A stretch of 64,000 nt of DNA from the NCBI GenBank assembly GCA_951406725.2, contig CATOCA020000003.1, forward strand, positions 1 through 64,000, given 5' to 3'. This stretch comes from Octopus vulgaris (taxonomy: Eukaryota). Below the pieces are notes generated by a model, which did not search any database, was not told the DNA's origin, and was given only the letters and a program-made list of their open reading frames with translations. The stretch's first letter is position 1; every line of letters begins with the position of its first letter. Made by a program: the position numbers and the translations under genes. This document shows, piece by piece, positions 47,957 to 62,819 of this stretch.

Positions 47957-48577
47957 GTGGTATACTCCTGGTGGTCAACTGTTACAGGGGAGACAAGCTC
48001 CCCTAAATTAAGTGAAGTTGAGGCTAATTTTATTGTCTAGAATTTACATCAAAAAGTAAAGTATACAACTTTGATAATTTTATTCTACACATTATTTCTA
48101 GTTGTATGTTGGAGAGTGTGAGTTGTACAATATTTTGAGGGGGTGGATCTAACTGAACTTAAACATAGCAAGAATTAAAGCTATATGCAGTAAAAAGAGA
48201 TGCAGTCCCCAACATACACTCACATTCAATTTTTGAACAATTAAAATTGAAGAGTCATCTCCCTTGTCTCTTGACATGAAGTATCACTAATGTGCATGTA
48301 TGTGTATTGGCCATTGCTTGCCATGTTTTCGAATTATAAATCCACTGTACTGTCTTACAAATATTAATTGTAGAACTGTTTCTGTAATTTGGCAACTTTT
48401 GCATACAGTTGGTAGACACAGAGAAAGAGGGAGAGAGAGAGAGAGAGGAGTAAGACAAAGGGATGAAGAAAAGAAGAGCAGAGAGAAGAGGGTGGGAGTG
48501 GGGAAAATGTGAGGGGGTAAGGAGAAGGAAGTGGTAAAAGAAAAGAGAGTGGTGAAAAGAAAGCTGGATACATGAGA

Positions 48578-48615
<38 letters not shown>

Positions 48616-49187
48616 GAGTGACGGACAAAAATAAAGTGAAACTGAGCAAAAGAAAGGAGGAAGACAAACAGACATACAGATAAAGAGATAAAAGGGAGAA
48701 AGAGAAAGGCAGATATAGAGTGAAAAGGAGTAAAAGGAAAGCGGGAGAGACAGAAAGGAAGGAAGGAAGAAAAAAGGAAGGAATGAAGAAAGGAAGAAAG
48801 AAAGAGATAGGTAAAGAAAAAGAGAGAAAGGAAAGACAGAGAGAAAGATAAAGAGAGAGAGAAAAAGAAAGAAAGGGAGAGAGGAGAAAAAGAGAAAGAA
48901 AGAGAGAGAAAGAAAAAGAAAGAAAAAAGAGAATGAGTAAGAATGAGAAATAGAGAGAGAGTGAGAGTGAGAAATTGAGAAAGAGAGAATAAGAGAAAGA
49001 TACAGAGAGTAAGGGAAAGAGAGAGAAAGAGAGGGAGAGAGTAAAAGACAGAAAGAGAGAGAGAGAGAGTAAGAGAGGGAGAGAGAGACTGACTCTAAAT
49101 CTGGTGCAGGGCAAGTGATGAATAATACTGGTTGAATAGTGAGTTTGGCACTTCAGGGGGTTTTAATGTTGAGAAGCAAATAGCTAC

Positions 49188-49512
49188 CTGTTCGAGTGTA
49201 CTTTCTGGCAAGCACCTTACCATCTTGGGAGACAGTCACCTCCTTGACTGTCTCCTGCCTTTCGTCCTGAAGGATGGTCTTGTGCGTCTCTGTACCATCG
49301 TAATTCTTCACACACATCGTCAATGAGGTCTGTGATGCGACGGGTCGAAAGTCAGTCTCCACCTTCAGCAGCAATGTTGGTGGCGATTGGTTGGCAGTAC
49401 TTCTGCTGCTGTTGTTGCTTTTGTTATTGTTGTTGATGTTGGCGTTGTTGGTATTGGTGCTGTTGTGGCTGTTGTCATTGTTGTTGTTCACTGTTGAGAC
49501 ATGTGACACCAC
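49188..49512 (-). CDS. Exon of zinc metallopeptidase gene (Asn-rich low-complexity segment)
   Basis: Polypyrimidine tract + CATAG| acceptor, CAG|GTAGCT donor. 325 nt open frame, phase 0 to phase 1, in phase with the upstream exon. Confidence 0.75.
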
Positions 49513-50385
49513 CTATGCAAGGAAAGATGAAGCAAAAACAAAACCAAAAATTGCAAAATTTAAGTGGAAACAACAGCAGCAATAATAATAACAGTGAGAG
49601 AAGTGTGACCCTATCAGGGAGGCTCTACAAGGGCCATGGACAAGCTGTAACCCACAGGGCTTTCTAAATGGCACACCTAACACAAAATTAACTTTTTGGT
49701 GGAGCAACCCACCTGATGATAAGTCATATTTCACGTCGCCCAATACTTGGGAAAGTCTGTCCATGCCTACTCTCTATGTTTGCCTGACCAGCTGGAAATA
49801 GCAGCCAACTCTTCCTCAAACATAGGAAAAAAGAACAACAGTTACAAGCAGAATGATCATAAGTCTGCTCAGTCAATGCAGGCTTGTCACAATGGTAAAG
49901 ATGTTTCTTTTGCAGCCATGATGTCCAAAGTTCAGTCCCAAATGCACAGCATCATGAGCAAATGTTTTACCATTGCATCACTGTGTTGCTACTTAGCCCC
50001 AGATGAGTTTTGATCCAGTAAACCAATGATTAAGCGCCTTCCATTTGTGACCATTCCATCTAATTTTTTGTTTCAAGCAATTGTGTAAATGGATTTGGTA
50101 GATGGAAACTGAAAGAAGCCTGTTATATACATACATATGCGTAGGTGTGTGTGTGCATTCCTCACACCACTTGACAACCGGTGTTGGTGTGCTTAACTTA
50201 GTGGTTTGACAAAAGAGACTGATAGAATAGGTACCAGGCTTAAATAAGTACTGGAGTTGATTCATTTGAATAAAGTTCTTCAAGATGGTGCCCCAGCATG
50301 GCCACAGTCTAATGACTGAAACAAGTAAGAGATAAAAGATAAAAGATGATAGAATAATATAAAAACAGAAAAGAAAGGTTCTTAC

Positions 50386-50677
50386 CCTTTTAAAGGGACT
50401 CCCATAACAGGCATCACGATAATGGCGAGCATGGCTTTCCAGTGGAGGCCCACCAATTTCTCCAAGGGGCAACAACCGTGGTGAACCTGTCTGGTTTGGT
50501 ACCTTGTATTCGCGCTCTGAATTGTGAACTTGTGATCTTTGAACTGTGAAGACTCGATGTATGTCATCAAAGCCCCGTGCCATGACGCCAGTTTTAGTGT
50601 GGGCCAGATCAAATGTGTGGCCCAGCTCATGTAAAGATGAACCGAGGCCTGTAGAATAGTTGGCCCAGTAATATTCG
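50386..50677 (-). CDS. Catalytic exon of putative zinc metallopeptidase (YIL108W/Metallopep-like metzincin)
   Basis: TTTCAG| acceptor, AGG|GTAAGA donor. Encodes EYYWANYSTGLGSSLHELGHTFDLAHTKTGVMARGFDD, i.e. HExxHxxxxxH plus Met-turn. Confidence 0.88.
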
Positions 50678-50729
50678 CTGAAAGTAGATTATTATTATTA
50701 TTATTAGTTGGAATAATAGTAGTAGTTTA

Positions 50730-51100
50730 GAAGATGTCACACAATATCAATTGTTATATTATAATGTGAAGATATTGCATGCAACAGGAATTTGTCTTGT
50801 CTGTCACATCACAAGGATCTCAGGCAGTACTATACACACTATGCCTGCAGTTCCAAGTAAAGCTGATTTTTGAATTACAATTCTACAAGTGTCCAGTTAT
50901 TACTTCAGGTTGGGTGGTATTGAACCCAGTGCTTTGAGGACAACAGGAACAACTGTTATGTTTGACTCTTGCTTAGATGTAGCAACAGCAAGAGTCAAAC
51001 ATAAAGGTGTACTGCAAAAATATGTTTTACTTGGAACTGTACACATTGCGTGAAGCGTGGTCTGTCTGAGGTCCTTGATGTGACTTGACAGACAGTACAT
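50730..51100. mobile_element. Dong/R4 3' end remnants next to (ATT)n
   Basis: Minus-strand VVPVVLKALGSIP...IQKSALLGTA; partial second copy in the opposite orientation. Confidence 0.65.
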
Positions 51101-51519
51101 TATTATCATTGTTGCTGTTGTTATTATTAATTATTATTATTATTATTATTAAGACAGTGAGCTGGCAGAATGCTTAGCAGTATTTTTTCCGCCTTGACAT
51201 TCTGAGTTCAAATTCCACTGAGGTCGACTTTGCCTTTCATCCTTTCAAGTTCAATAAAATAAGTACCAGTTAAGTGCTGGGGTTGATGTAATCGACTAAC
51301 ACCCTCTCCACAAAATTTCAGGCCTTGTGCCTGTAGTAGAAAGGATTATCATTATTATGGCGTTGAGCAGGTAGAATTGTTAGCATACCAGAGGAAATGT
51401 TTAGCAGCATTTCGCCCATCTTTAGATTCTGAGTTCAAATTCTGTTGAGGTTGACTTTGCTTTCCAAAATTTCATGGTCAATGAAATTGCTGCCCTTGTG
51501 CCAAAATTTGAAACCATTA

Positions 51520-51554
<35 letters not shown>

Positions 51555-54500
51555 GAGTGAGAGAGCAGTGCATACCAACAAAGTGACACTGGGGTACAAA
51601 TATACAAAGCCCAGTATGCCCATCTGATAAGGGTACACAAGGCACATGCATCACAACCATATGTGTGTGACATGGTGATCTCATGTGAAGATAGACCTTG
51701 CAGGTGGGGCCTAGTTAGAATTTTCTTCAGGTCGAGTAGCCCATCCTGCTCAAAAGGTCTCTGAATAAGGGTTTTTTGAGGAAAGAAACACCCATGTTTC
51801 CAAAAGTAAATTATCCAAACCTCCAAAGAATTCCTCTCAACACATGGCTATGATGCTTCCCCACTACTTCTGCTTGTGATCAGTGATGCACATATCGTCA
51901 GCCACTAAGGGACATGCTCAACTGGTTAAGGTCAAACAACTGACAAGAAAATCTGTTGTATTGAGAAGAATATTTGCTGTAGCCCATCATTTATACCAAG
52001 ACCAAACATTGATAACACTTCTCATCAGTTAAGATCAGAAGCATTGACAGCCACTGCCTGGTACTGCATCAGGATATTTATTATTATTATTATTATTATT
52101 GTTATCATTAAGGCAGCAAGCTGGCAGAATTCTTAGCACACAGGACATTTCGCCCGCCACTATGTTTTGAGTTCAAATTCCACTGAAGTCGACTTTGCCT
52201 TTCATCTTTTCAGGGTCAATAAATTAAGTACAAGGGAAACTCTGAGGAGGATGTAACTGATTAGCTCCTTCCCTAAATTTCAGGCCTTGTGCCTATAGTA
52301 AAAAAGGATTATTATTATTACCATTATTGTTATTATTGTTGTTGTTGTTGCTAGTAGTAGTAGTAGTAATGGTGGTGGTAGTAGTCGTAGAAGTAGTAGT
52401 TGTAGCATTAGTACTACTTTAATAGTTGTAGTCGTAGTCATAGTTGTAGTAATGTTTAGATGTATGCACAAATGTGCAACATTTGGAATCAATGTCCTTA
52501 ATATCAGGTCACAACTAGTTTCCTTAGATATTGAGGACCTTCCAAACAACCCTTGCAATTCCCAATAAAACAGAGTTCTGCATTAATGCCATTTTCATTG
52601 TTATTCTGATCTCGTTAAGGGAACTACCAAAATCTGTTGGTAATGGTACCTAGTGGCCCTATAACTTTTGAAACAACAGCAACAGAACCAAAACAACAAC
52701 ACTAGCTGTAAAACCAAAACAATTACTACAGAAGCAGCAATACCTAGAACAGCAACAAAAAGCAATTACAACAGCAGCAATAAGCATCCTCAAAGCAACA
52801 ACAAACCCACTATCAAACACTTCCCAAAAGAAAACTTTCAACTGACTCCTTCACCTCTTCCTCCTCAGCAGAAACACAAACATGAATGCACACTTAATCA
52901 ACGACTCACCTCCACACCTCTCTAAATCAGAGATCTTGCAGAGCAAGAGACCAACCTAAAGAGATCAGTGACAAAGAGGGGGGGGGGAGAGAAAAACAGA
53001 AAACAGCTACAACATGTTCACTAGCTTTGTCTCAATCGCATAAATCATAACCACCATCAATCAAACTTCCCCACCAATCTTCCCCGTTCAGCATGTCTCC
53101 TAGGTAACAAAATGTCTCAACACCTTTCACCTTTGAATTATTTCCAAGATCCAACATTCCAACATTCTCTCCATATTCACCTCCCTCCATACACACCTTA
53201 TCTTTTATCTTCTATCAGTTTCAGCCATTGGACTGTGGCCATGCTGGAGCACTGCCTTGAAGAACTTCTAGTCAGAAGAATTGACCCCAGCACTTATTCT
53301 TTTACTTGTTTCAGTCATTTGACTGTGGCCATGCTGGAGCACCACCTTAAGGGGTTTTAGCTGAACAAATAGATCCCAGGACTTATTCTTTGTAAACCTA
53401 GTACTTATTCTATTGGTCTCTGCTACGGGGACATAAACACACCAACATCGATAGCCAAGCAATGATGGGAGAGACAAACACAAATATATATATATATTTA
53501 CATATTTACACACACACACATGACAAGCTTCTTTCAGTTTCCCTCTATTATCAAATCCACTCATAAGGCTTTGGCCAGCTTGAGGCTATAGTAGAAGACA
53601 CTTGCCCAAGCCCCACAATGGGACTGAACCTAGAACCATGTAGTTGGGAAGCAAATTTCTTACCACACAGCTACATCAGAACCTATTTTATATATTTAAA
53701 AAAAATCTGGTCCTTATTCTATCAGTCTCTTTTTGCTGAACCACTAAGTTACAGGGACATATACAAACCAACACCAGTTATCAAGTGGTGGTGGTGGAGG
53801 ACAAATGCAGACACAAAGACACACACACACATGACAGGCTTTGTTTAGTTTCTGTCTAAAAACTCCACTCACAGCTCAAGGCTGTAGTAGAAGACACTTG
53901 CCCAAGGTGCCACACAGTGGGACTGAACCCGGAACCATGTGGCTGGGAAGCAAGCCTCTTACCACGCAGCCACACCTCTGCCTATACATGTAAATGTGGT
54001 TGTTATATCAATTGATATTGTCTTCTACCACTACCTGTTTCAGTGAAGTCGCCCAGAGCATGTACATATAAAAGACTTCACTTTTCGACAGCCTTCTTGC
54101 ACACTGTACACAGTCACTTCCTTTCTACTTCCCACCTAATCTTGGGTTTTAATTTTGCCTTTGTCTTGCTCATATTTACTGCTTCCGTAAGACCGTGAGC
54201 TGGCAGAATCGTTAGCATACCAGGAATAATGCTTAGCAGTCTTTTGTCCATCCTGATGTGCTGACTTGGCCTTTCAACCTTTTGGGGTCAATAAAATAAG
54301 TACCAATTGAACACTGCAGTTGATGTACTCAATTTGCCCCCTCTTCCAAAATTGCTGGCTTTGTGCCAAAATTTGAAATCAGTATTTACTGTCTTCTTCA
54401 ATCCAACCATATACACTCTCTGCTACTAACATGATACTTTATGTGTGTGTGTATGTGTATACATGAATGCATGCATACATACATACATACCTACATATAT

Positions 54501-54730
54501 ACATATATATAGTAGAAAGGATTATTATTATTATTCTTATTAAGGTAGTGAGCAGGAAGAATTGTTAGCACACCAGCTGAAATGCTTAGTGGCATTTTGT
54601 CCGTCTTTACATTCTGCGTTCATATATACACACACACTTATATATATGTGTAAGATGGAATCTCCTATTGAAAATGATGCATGAGTGTTTAGCTTTTGCT
54701 GAACGAACTACAAAAATGATTTGTTTATAG

Positions 54731-55244
54731 CAGGGGTTGCTAAACTTTTTCGACCATCGGCCCCCTTTGCCCACTTCTCCTTCCGCATCAACCACCCTCT
54801 TCATTTAAAATATCTTAATAACTTACCTTACAGTACCATATCTTAAATGCATACCAGGTACTGATGCTGGCAATTAAAATGTTAGCTAAAATATACATGT
54901 ATGACAAATTAAGAAATTGTATTGGAGATGACACTCTTTTTACTTTTAAAACTATGTGGTCGAGTATACCGTATTAAACTTTCAATTTTTATGAAATTGT
55001 TTTCACGGTTAGAAAATGTGAAAAATGCATTGTATTGCTGGAATATCTTTTATTGAAATTGGCAACATGAATGTGAGGGATGAGCATGGTGCTGACCAAG
55101 TATTTCAAGCAGTTCGTCTGGGTGAGCTGGTCTTTCGCACTCTAACCCTCATTCGACCCCTTGGCTATCATCTACCCCCTGTAATCTCTCGCCAACCCCA
55201 GGAGGAGGAGGGGGGGGGGCTTGGACCCCTTTTGGTGACCCCTG
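54731..55244. mobile_element. hAT MITE
   Basis: TIRs CAGGGGTTGCTAAA/TTTGGTGACCCCTG; perfect 8-bp TSD GTTTATAG. Confidence 0.9.
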
Positions 55245-55467
55245 GTTTATAGTGATCAAATTTGCTGTACGTTAGCTCACTCCCTTCAAATCAACATTGC
55301 CTGTACAGATACACAAATGTGTCACTCATCAGATGTGGAAATCATTGCAGAGCAATGTGAAATGAGGTGCCTGGTCCAGCAATTGAACTATGATCTAGTA
55401 ATCAGGACTGTAATACCTTAACTACTAGGCCATATATAAGTGTGTGTGTGTGTGTGTGCCTATATGC

Positions 55468-55512
<45 letters not shown>

Positions 55513-58500
55513 TTATATGTGAGTATGTGTATCTACATCCACATATATATACATACATATATACATACACATGTATGTACACATGTATATGTATATACTC
55601 ACACATACATATACATATAGATACATACATACACAGAGACACAGATGCACACACTCATTTACATACATGCACACATACACATATATTTGAATATGTCTGT
55701 TATTTATATTTCATAATCAACCCAAACCATGCTGCCATTGACTAGCCCACACAAACACCAACAAATCCATTCTTCTGCATATTACTCACAGTAATAGCAC
55801 ATACAATGATTAGTAGATTGGCAGAAGTGGTAGAGCAACACACAAAATGCCTTGTGTTAAATCAACCACGGCTCTCTTTATGTGTCTGATTTCAAATCAT
55901 ACAATGACAATTCTAACTTTCATCTTTTTCCTTTCCAATTGATGGCAGTTAAGCCTTATACTATGGAAATTAGATATATCTCCTCAAAATTTCATTACTT
56001 TAAACTGCAAAAAACAGTTTTATACATCAATTTATCTTTTGTAGAAGAATGTCAATGTTTGAAACTGGTTTCTTTTGAGATATATCAAGTGTATTGAAGC
56101 AAGGTGACTTGTAGAAAATAGCAATTCTATTTATTCATTTCAAATGTTGGCACAAGGCCAGCAATTTCAGGGTGCAGTCAATTACAGCGACCCCCATTGC
56201 TCAGCTGGTACCTATTTTATCAACCGCAAAAGGATGAAAAACACAGTCACTTGACAGAATTTGAATCCAGAAAGTAAACACAGATCAAATGTTGCTAAGC
56301 ATTTCACCCTGCATGCTAATGATTCTGCCAGCTCACCACCTTCATTCATTTTATTTATTGGTAGATATTTAGTATCATTACTGGAGTAACAATGAAGTTT
56401 AATTTCACAGTGAAAGGGATAAGATTCATTAATTACAATATGAAGAGAATAAGGAACGTCATCAATATTATAATCTATTTCATTGGTGTAAACATCACCA
56501 TTGTTGCTATCATTGGTTAACCCTTTTATGGTGGAAATTCCATTTCCCTTAGCTGTGGAAATTCTATTACTCTTAACTGCAGTTTTAACTACCAATCTAT
56601 TTTTTGTTGTGGAAGGTCATATTTGAATCTGTTTTTTCTTTGAGATATGTCAAGTTTATTGAGACAGAAGATATTGATCCTATTTTTTTTTTTTTGATAG
56701 ATATTTAATATAATTACAGGAATAACCATGAAATTTAATTTTGCAGTTAAAGTGTTAATAAAGAAAGTACCAGTGAAATACTGATGTTGATTTTAATTGA
56801 TGGTACCCCTCTCTCCATCCTTCGATTTGTGTCTCTCTTAGAAATCAATATTAGAACACACAAAGATGGTGAGCTGATTGGATTGTTAACATGCCGGGCA
56901 AAATGCTTAGTGGCATTTCATGTCTTTATGTTCTGAGTTCAAATTCCATCGAGGTTGACTTTACCTTTCAACCATTCAAGGTCGATTAAATAAGTACCAG
57001 TTGAAAGTTAGGGTTGAAGTAATTGACTTCCCCACTCACCTGAAATTACTGGTCTTGTGCCAAAATTTGAAACCAATATTAGAACACAAAAGCAGCATGC
57101 TGGAAGAAATGTTGGCAAATCAGACCAAAAATACTAAGCGAAATTTCTTACAGCTTTGTTATGTTCAGGATTCAAATCCTACCGTGGCTATCTTTCATTC
57201 TTGTAGGTTTGATAAAATAATGTACCAGTCAAGTACTGGGGTCAATGTAATCGACATTCTCCCTCTCTTCAAAACTGCTGATTTGGATGCCAAAATATGA
57301 AGCACTACAACAAACACATTGCACACATAACACCACTACACACACACATAACACACAAATACAGCAAGAACAATACTATCAACAACAATAACTACACAAA
57401 CGACAACAACAACATCAGTAGCAAATGAACAATAAAAGCAGCGATGGCGATGGGGATAGAAGTTAAAATAAAGTAAAATATTTTTTCTGTTTTTCTTCAC
57501 CTCAGATGAGTGAATGGTGGTGGTGGTGGTGGTGGTGGTAGTGATTACGGATATGATGATGATAATGATGATGATGATGACGGGAGGTGATGAGAAGTAC
57601 AAAAAAAAAACAGAACCTAGAAAGAATGTTTGGAAGCTGATGTAACATGGCAAAACAGCAAATTATGCAACTTTTTTTGTGATGAGGTGGTGGTGACGGT
57701 GGTGGAGAGTAACAATCCTGATCTCCCTCCCCTCCTCAACTCCACCAATCACCAGGCAACAACCCCCTCCTCTGCACCCATTCTAGCACTACACACTCCT
57801 CCCACTACCACTACCACCAACTAATGCATGCCCTACCCCCACACCTCCTTCACTATCTCCCCTCACTACCACAAATAACACCACCACCACCACCGCCAAC
57901 AACACCTTAGCTACAAACGCTACCACAACCACTGTTGGTATCATTACTGTCACCACCACTACCACCACCACCGCCATCTCAACCCCCACCACTATCACCA
58001 CCACTAACACTATTGCCACCATCACCAGTATCAGCATCACCACCAGTACCACTGCAATAACTAACATCATAAACACCACCACCATCACCATCACCACCCA
58101 CAATCTGCATGTGATACCCAGAAGAGCTGGCGGGTAGTGGTGCTAGGGAGTCTTTCAATGTTACTCATTCACCAAGTTCATTCTTTAATCAAACACACAC
58201 ACACACACACACACACACGCACGCACACACACATACACACACACTTATTTATATATACTCATATATACCCACACTCCTATCTCTCCAGACAAATAGATTT
58301 ATAATAACACACACACACACATGCACACACACACACAGAGGCACACACGCACACACAATCACACATTCTTTGTACATGCATTCACACATTCCTTGCATAT
58401 ACATTCCTAACATACACACATGTCTGTCATACAACATTCATGCAACATTCACATTCATGCAATCACACTCAACATGTTTACACAACTTTGTTATTACACA

Positions 58501-59384
58501 CAGGAATCATACACATATATGCATTCACATGCACACACAGATACTTGTATGTATATACAAGCAAACACACAAAACCTCATACACACACACAAACATACAC
58601 GTGCACATACTTATGACTACATATTATATACAAAAGCACCCATCCATGTTACGCACAAACTCACCCAAAATAGTACACAGACACACACACACACACACAC
58701 AACCATGCACACACACACATGTACATAAGCACATACATGCACATGTATGTACATACACACACACACACAAACACACAGCACCTCTACAAACCAACAAAGA
58801 AGCTCTATACATAACCGCAACCTGCTAGAAATAGTAGCCAAACCTCCCTTATATCACACGTTGCCATCTTTAATGTACTCTAAGGTACTCTTATAAGTAT
58901 ATGGGATGGTGATGGCCAGAATACTTTTGACTCTAGCTCTGCTTGATCATAACTGACCAGTGGCTGAATTAATCCATTGCTTGGGTTACAGCCACCAGAT
59001 GTTTCTTGTCATTAGCAGAAAAGATTTTGTTTGTAAGAATTTGGCTGGCTAGGGGGCCAAGTCTGTGGCCTAAATATACAGTGCTTTTTGAGCTCAGTGA
59101 TCCTTAGGTCTCTGAAAAGGGTCAAGAGTGAAGGGCATTGACCTTCATCCTCTGACTAAGAAGGAAAAACTTAAACAAAAAAAAAAAAATTAAAGTTGTA
59201 AGTGCATAAGTTTGTGGTGGCATCTTGGGCAGGTGTCTTCTGCTATGGCCCTGGGCAAATCTATGATTTGTGAGTGACATTGGTAAATGGAAACTGCTTA
59301 GTGGAAGCCAGTTGTGTGTGAGTGTGTGTCTGTGTCCATGTGTGTGTGTGTGCATGTGTATGCATATATGTGTATGTGTGTATA

Positions 59385-60113
59385 TCTTTATATATATAAA
59401 ACTGAGAATGTGTGTCTGTCTGTCTGTCTGTGTGTTTCCCTAAAACTTGAGAACTACACAACCAATTTCATTCAAATTTTACACATGCCTTACTTAGGGT
59501 CCATGTAGTATCATGGGAAAAAAATGTTCAACTTCTTGCCTAGAGCGAGCCCATAGCAATATCATATCTTCTCCACTATTTCAGTATTACGTGTTAAAAG
59601 TGATACAAAAATATTTCTCTATTTTATGTCAGATGCTTTCACTTTAACAATAAAAATAATAATAACAATTGAATTATATGTAGTAAGTAATAATTAAAAT
59701 CAAACTAAAGTATAATATAATCGTAACATAACAAAAACTAAAAATAGCAATTGGTATAAAATTGCATCAATGATTTGAACTTGAATAAGTGGTTTCACAT
59801 GAATGGGAATAAATTAAAAATAAAATTAGCGTGCAGAAATGGAATAGTCCAGATGGATAATAAAAAATTAAATTAAAGAAAAGACTATTGTCTATAAAGT
59901 ATACAATGTAGAGAAAAAAGAAGAGCTAACAATTCCAGTCTGTTATATATTTTGAGTATTGTTATCACTAGCGATATCAAGATATAACTTAGTATTTTGC
60001 ATTTTATGTGTAGATGTATATATATAGATGTACATGTAATATGTACACATATAAATACACATATATACATGCACTAGCACTATGACCCAGCAACGACGGG
60101 TCTTTAATGCTAG
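59385..60113 (+). mobile_element. Non-autonomous Helitron, complete
   Basis: A|TC 5' end, (CTGT)n near the 5' end, hairpin GACCCAGCAACGACGGGTC, CTAG|T 3' end, no TSD. Confidence 0.92.
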
Positions 60114-60214
60114 TATATATATATTTCCCTATATACTCCTTATTTGCTTCCTTTTCCAAAATAACTCCTCATATTGAACTCTACTATTTCCCTCTATTTA
60201 ACCATCTCACATCA

Positions 60215-60260
60215 TCTCTGATGAAAGGATATACCTAATATGCCAGAAACAGCCGTAAGA
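60215..60260 (+). ncRNA. Decayed minimal hammerhead motif
   Basis: TCT-CTGATGA-aa-GGATAT(accta)ATATgCC-a-GAAA-CAGCCG-TA-AGA; stem III is one base from the palindrome ACAGCTGT. Confidence 0.55.
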
Positions 60261-60960
60261 CAATCTCTTTATAAATGTCTTGAAAATTCCACACAGCCTT
60301 GGCTTTGTTATCTCATTTTATTCAACACACACACACACAAGCATTCATGCACTCGTCTCCTGTTTCTTCAGACAGCAGGTCATCGGTCTGCTACAAGTAG
60401 CAGTCAAAATCCTCCCTTTGGGATGACCTATGATGACATATTGAAGGGTGGGCAGGCTGAAAGAGTGTGAGCAGAGAGAAAGAATGTGGATGTAGGGGAG
60501 ACAAGTGGTGGCACAAGCGTGACTGCAAAGTTCTATATCTTCAAATTAATTTCTCTCCTCTCAATTTTTCCCTAAAGAAAGACTCTGTCCAAAACGTTGG
60601 ATTTTTCATTGCCCATAGCAAGCTAATGATACAGACTTTGTTGATTTTACTAAATAATACAACTTTGTTGACACAGCCTAATTGGAAACCTTTCGGAGTT
60701 TGTTTGAGCTTCTATATGGTGATGATGATGATGATGATGAAGAAGAAGAAGAAAAGATGCAATGATTTTCTATTGTTTGTTGCACTTAATACACTGAAAC
60801 CTTGAAGAGCAAAGACATACATATCTACATACATACACACATAAATACATACATATGTACATAATATACATACACTCATATATATATATATATATACGTT
60901 TAAATATTTGTTGTGCAAGATTTTATTGGCTAAACTGGCAATATGACCATTCCGAAATAT

Positions 60961-61015
<55 letters not shown>

Positions 61016-61365
61016 TATGTATGCATATACATAAATACATACATATATAAACATATATAAATATGTAATTACATACACACTTAAATTTATGCATACATAC
61101 ATATGTGTGTGATCATCTATATGTGTGTGTGTGTGTGTGTCTAAATATATTTATACACACATATCTGCCGGTATACATAAATATAGATACATATATATAT
61201 ATATATATACCCATGCTAGCATGGAAAACGGACGCTAAACGATGATGATGATGATGATGTATGTATCTGTACTTATGTATGCCATATATATATATATATA
61301 TACATACACACACGCATAGACACATACTCAGGCATGTATGTGTGATTAGGTTAACAACAGCAATA

Positions 61366-61688
61366 AAGACTCCGCCGGTTACGACGACGAGGGTCCCAGC
61401 TGATACGATCAACGGAACAGCTTGCTCATGAAATTAACGTGCAAATGGCTGAGCATTCCACAGACACGTGTACCCTTAACGTATTTCTCGGGGATAATCA
61501 GCGTGACGCAGAGAGTGACAAGGCTGACCCTTTGAAATACAAGTACAACTCATTTTTGCCAGCTGAGTGGACTGGAGCAACGTGAAATAAAGTGTCTTGC
61601 TCAAGGACACAACGCATCGCCGGGAATCGAACTCACAACCTTACGATCATGAGCCGAATGCCCTAACCACTAAGCCACGCGCCCTCAC
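61366..61688 (-). mobile_element. Young tRNA-derived SINE (family D)
   Basis: A box TGGCTTAGTGG, B box GTTCGATTCC, CpG-rich, TSD ACAACAGCRATA. Confidence 0.88.
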
Positions 61689-61755
61689 TACAACAGCGAT
61701 ATAACATCTATATAAACAAAATATTTTTCCTCCCAAATGATAAAGTTAACATTGC

Positions 61756-61814
<59 letters not shown>

Positions 61815-62111
61815 TCATTATCATCATCTTCATTTCAAGATGAAAAAAGGGGAAAAATATTAACTGAAATATTATATAAATAATAAAATAAAAAAAACAA
61901 AAAAAAGCAAAAGACAAAAAGAAAATTGCTAAATCTAATATAATTTTTTTTAACAATTTATTTTCTTTATTTGGATTATATTTATCTAAATATCAGTTGT
62001 CTAGAAACTTTTAAACTGAAAATATTTTGGTGAGAAATTTTCGTTTTATCTATATTTGGGTGTCTTATTTATTCTTTCAGATTATTTATTTGTTGGTTTA
62101 TCTACTTTTAA

Positions 62112-62164
<53 letters not shown>

Positions 62165-62257
62165 CGGGGTGGGTACTCATATTTGTGTTTGTGTGCTTGT
62201 TTCTATGTTTCTATATTTTACATGCTTTTGAAGGGGTTAAGTATGAGTATTTAGGTA

Positions 62258-62304
<47 letters not shown>

Positions 62305-62819
62305 ATGCATGTATGTATGTATATGTATATCAATATGGCTATGCATGCTTGTTGTGGATAATATTATTTCTATGAATATGTTTATATATTTTGGACATTT
62401 TGGATGAATTTAAGTCTGAGTTTGTATGTGTATGTATATTTATATATGTGTGTGTGATTGTGTGTGTGTGTGTGTGTGTGAAAACAGGCATGAACACGTG
62501 TAGGTTTCAGTTTTGGATTTTCACTTTCTAATAGCAATCACTACAACCACCACCACACCACAACAACAACAACACTAGAACCACTACCAACACCAAAATC
62601 AATAAGTGATCATCAATGTTATTTGCTGATATCTTTCTTTCATTTCTACCTTTCTGTTTATCCTTCCTTCCTCTGATCCCCTTCCTCCCCTCTCTCTCAC
62701 CTTCTCTCCCACCTCTGTTCCTATCATCCATCCATCCATCCAGCCAGCCAGCTTTCTTGATATCACAAAATGTTTTGCAACAACACTGATGATGTCTTTC
62801 ATTGAAAATAATTCTCTCA

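Noticed and set aside
60372-60470. Plus-strand exon candidate after TTTCTTCAG
   Set aside because: No recognisable homology or partner exons, and it is opposite to the host gene.
61600-61688. tRNA gene
   Set aside because: It is the tRNA-derived head of a SINE with body and TSD.
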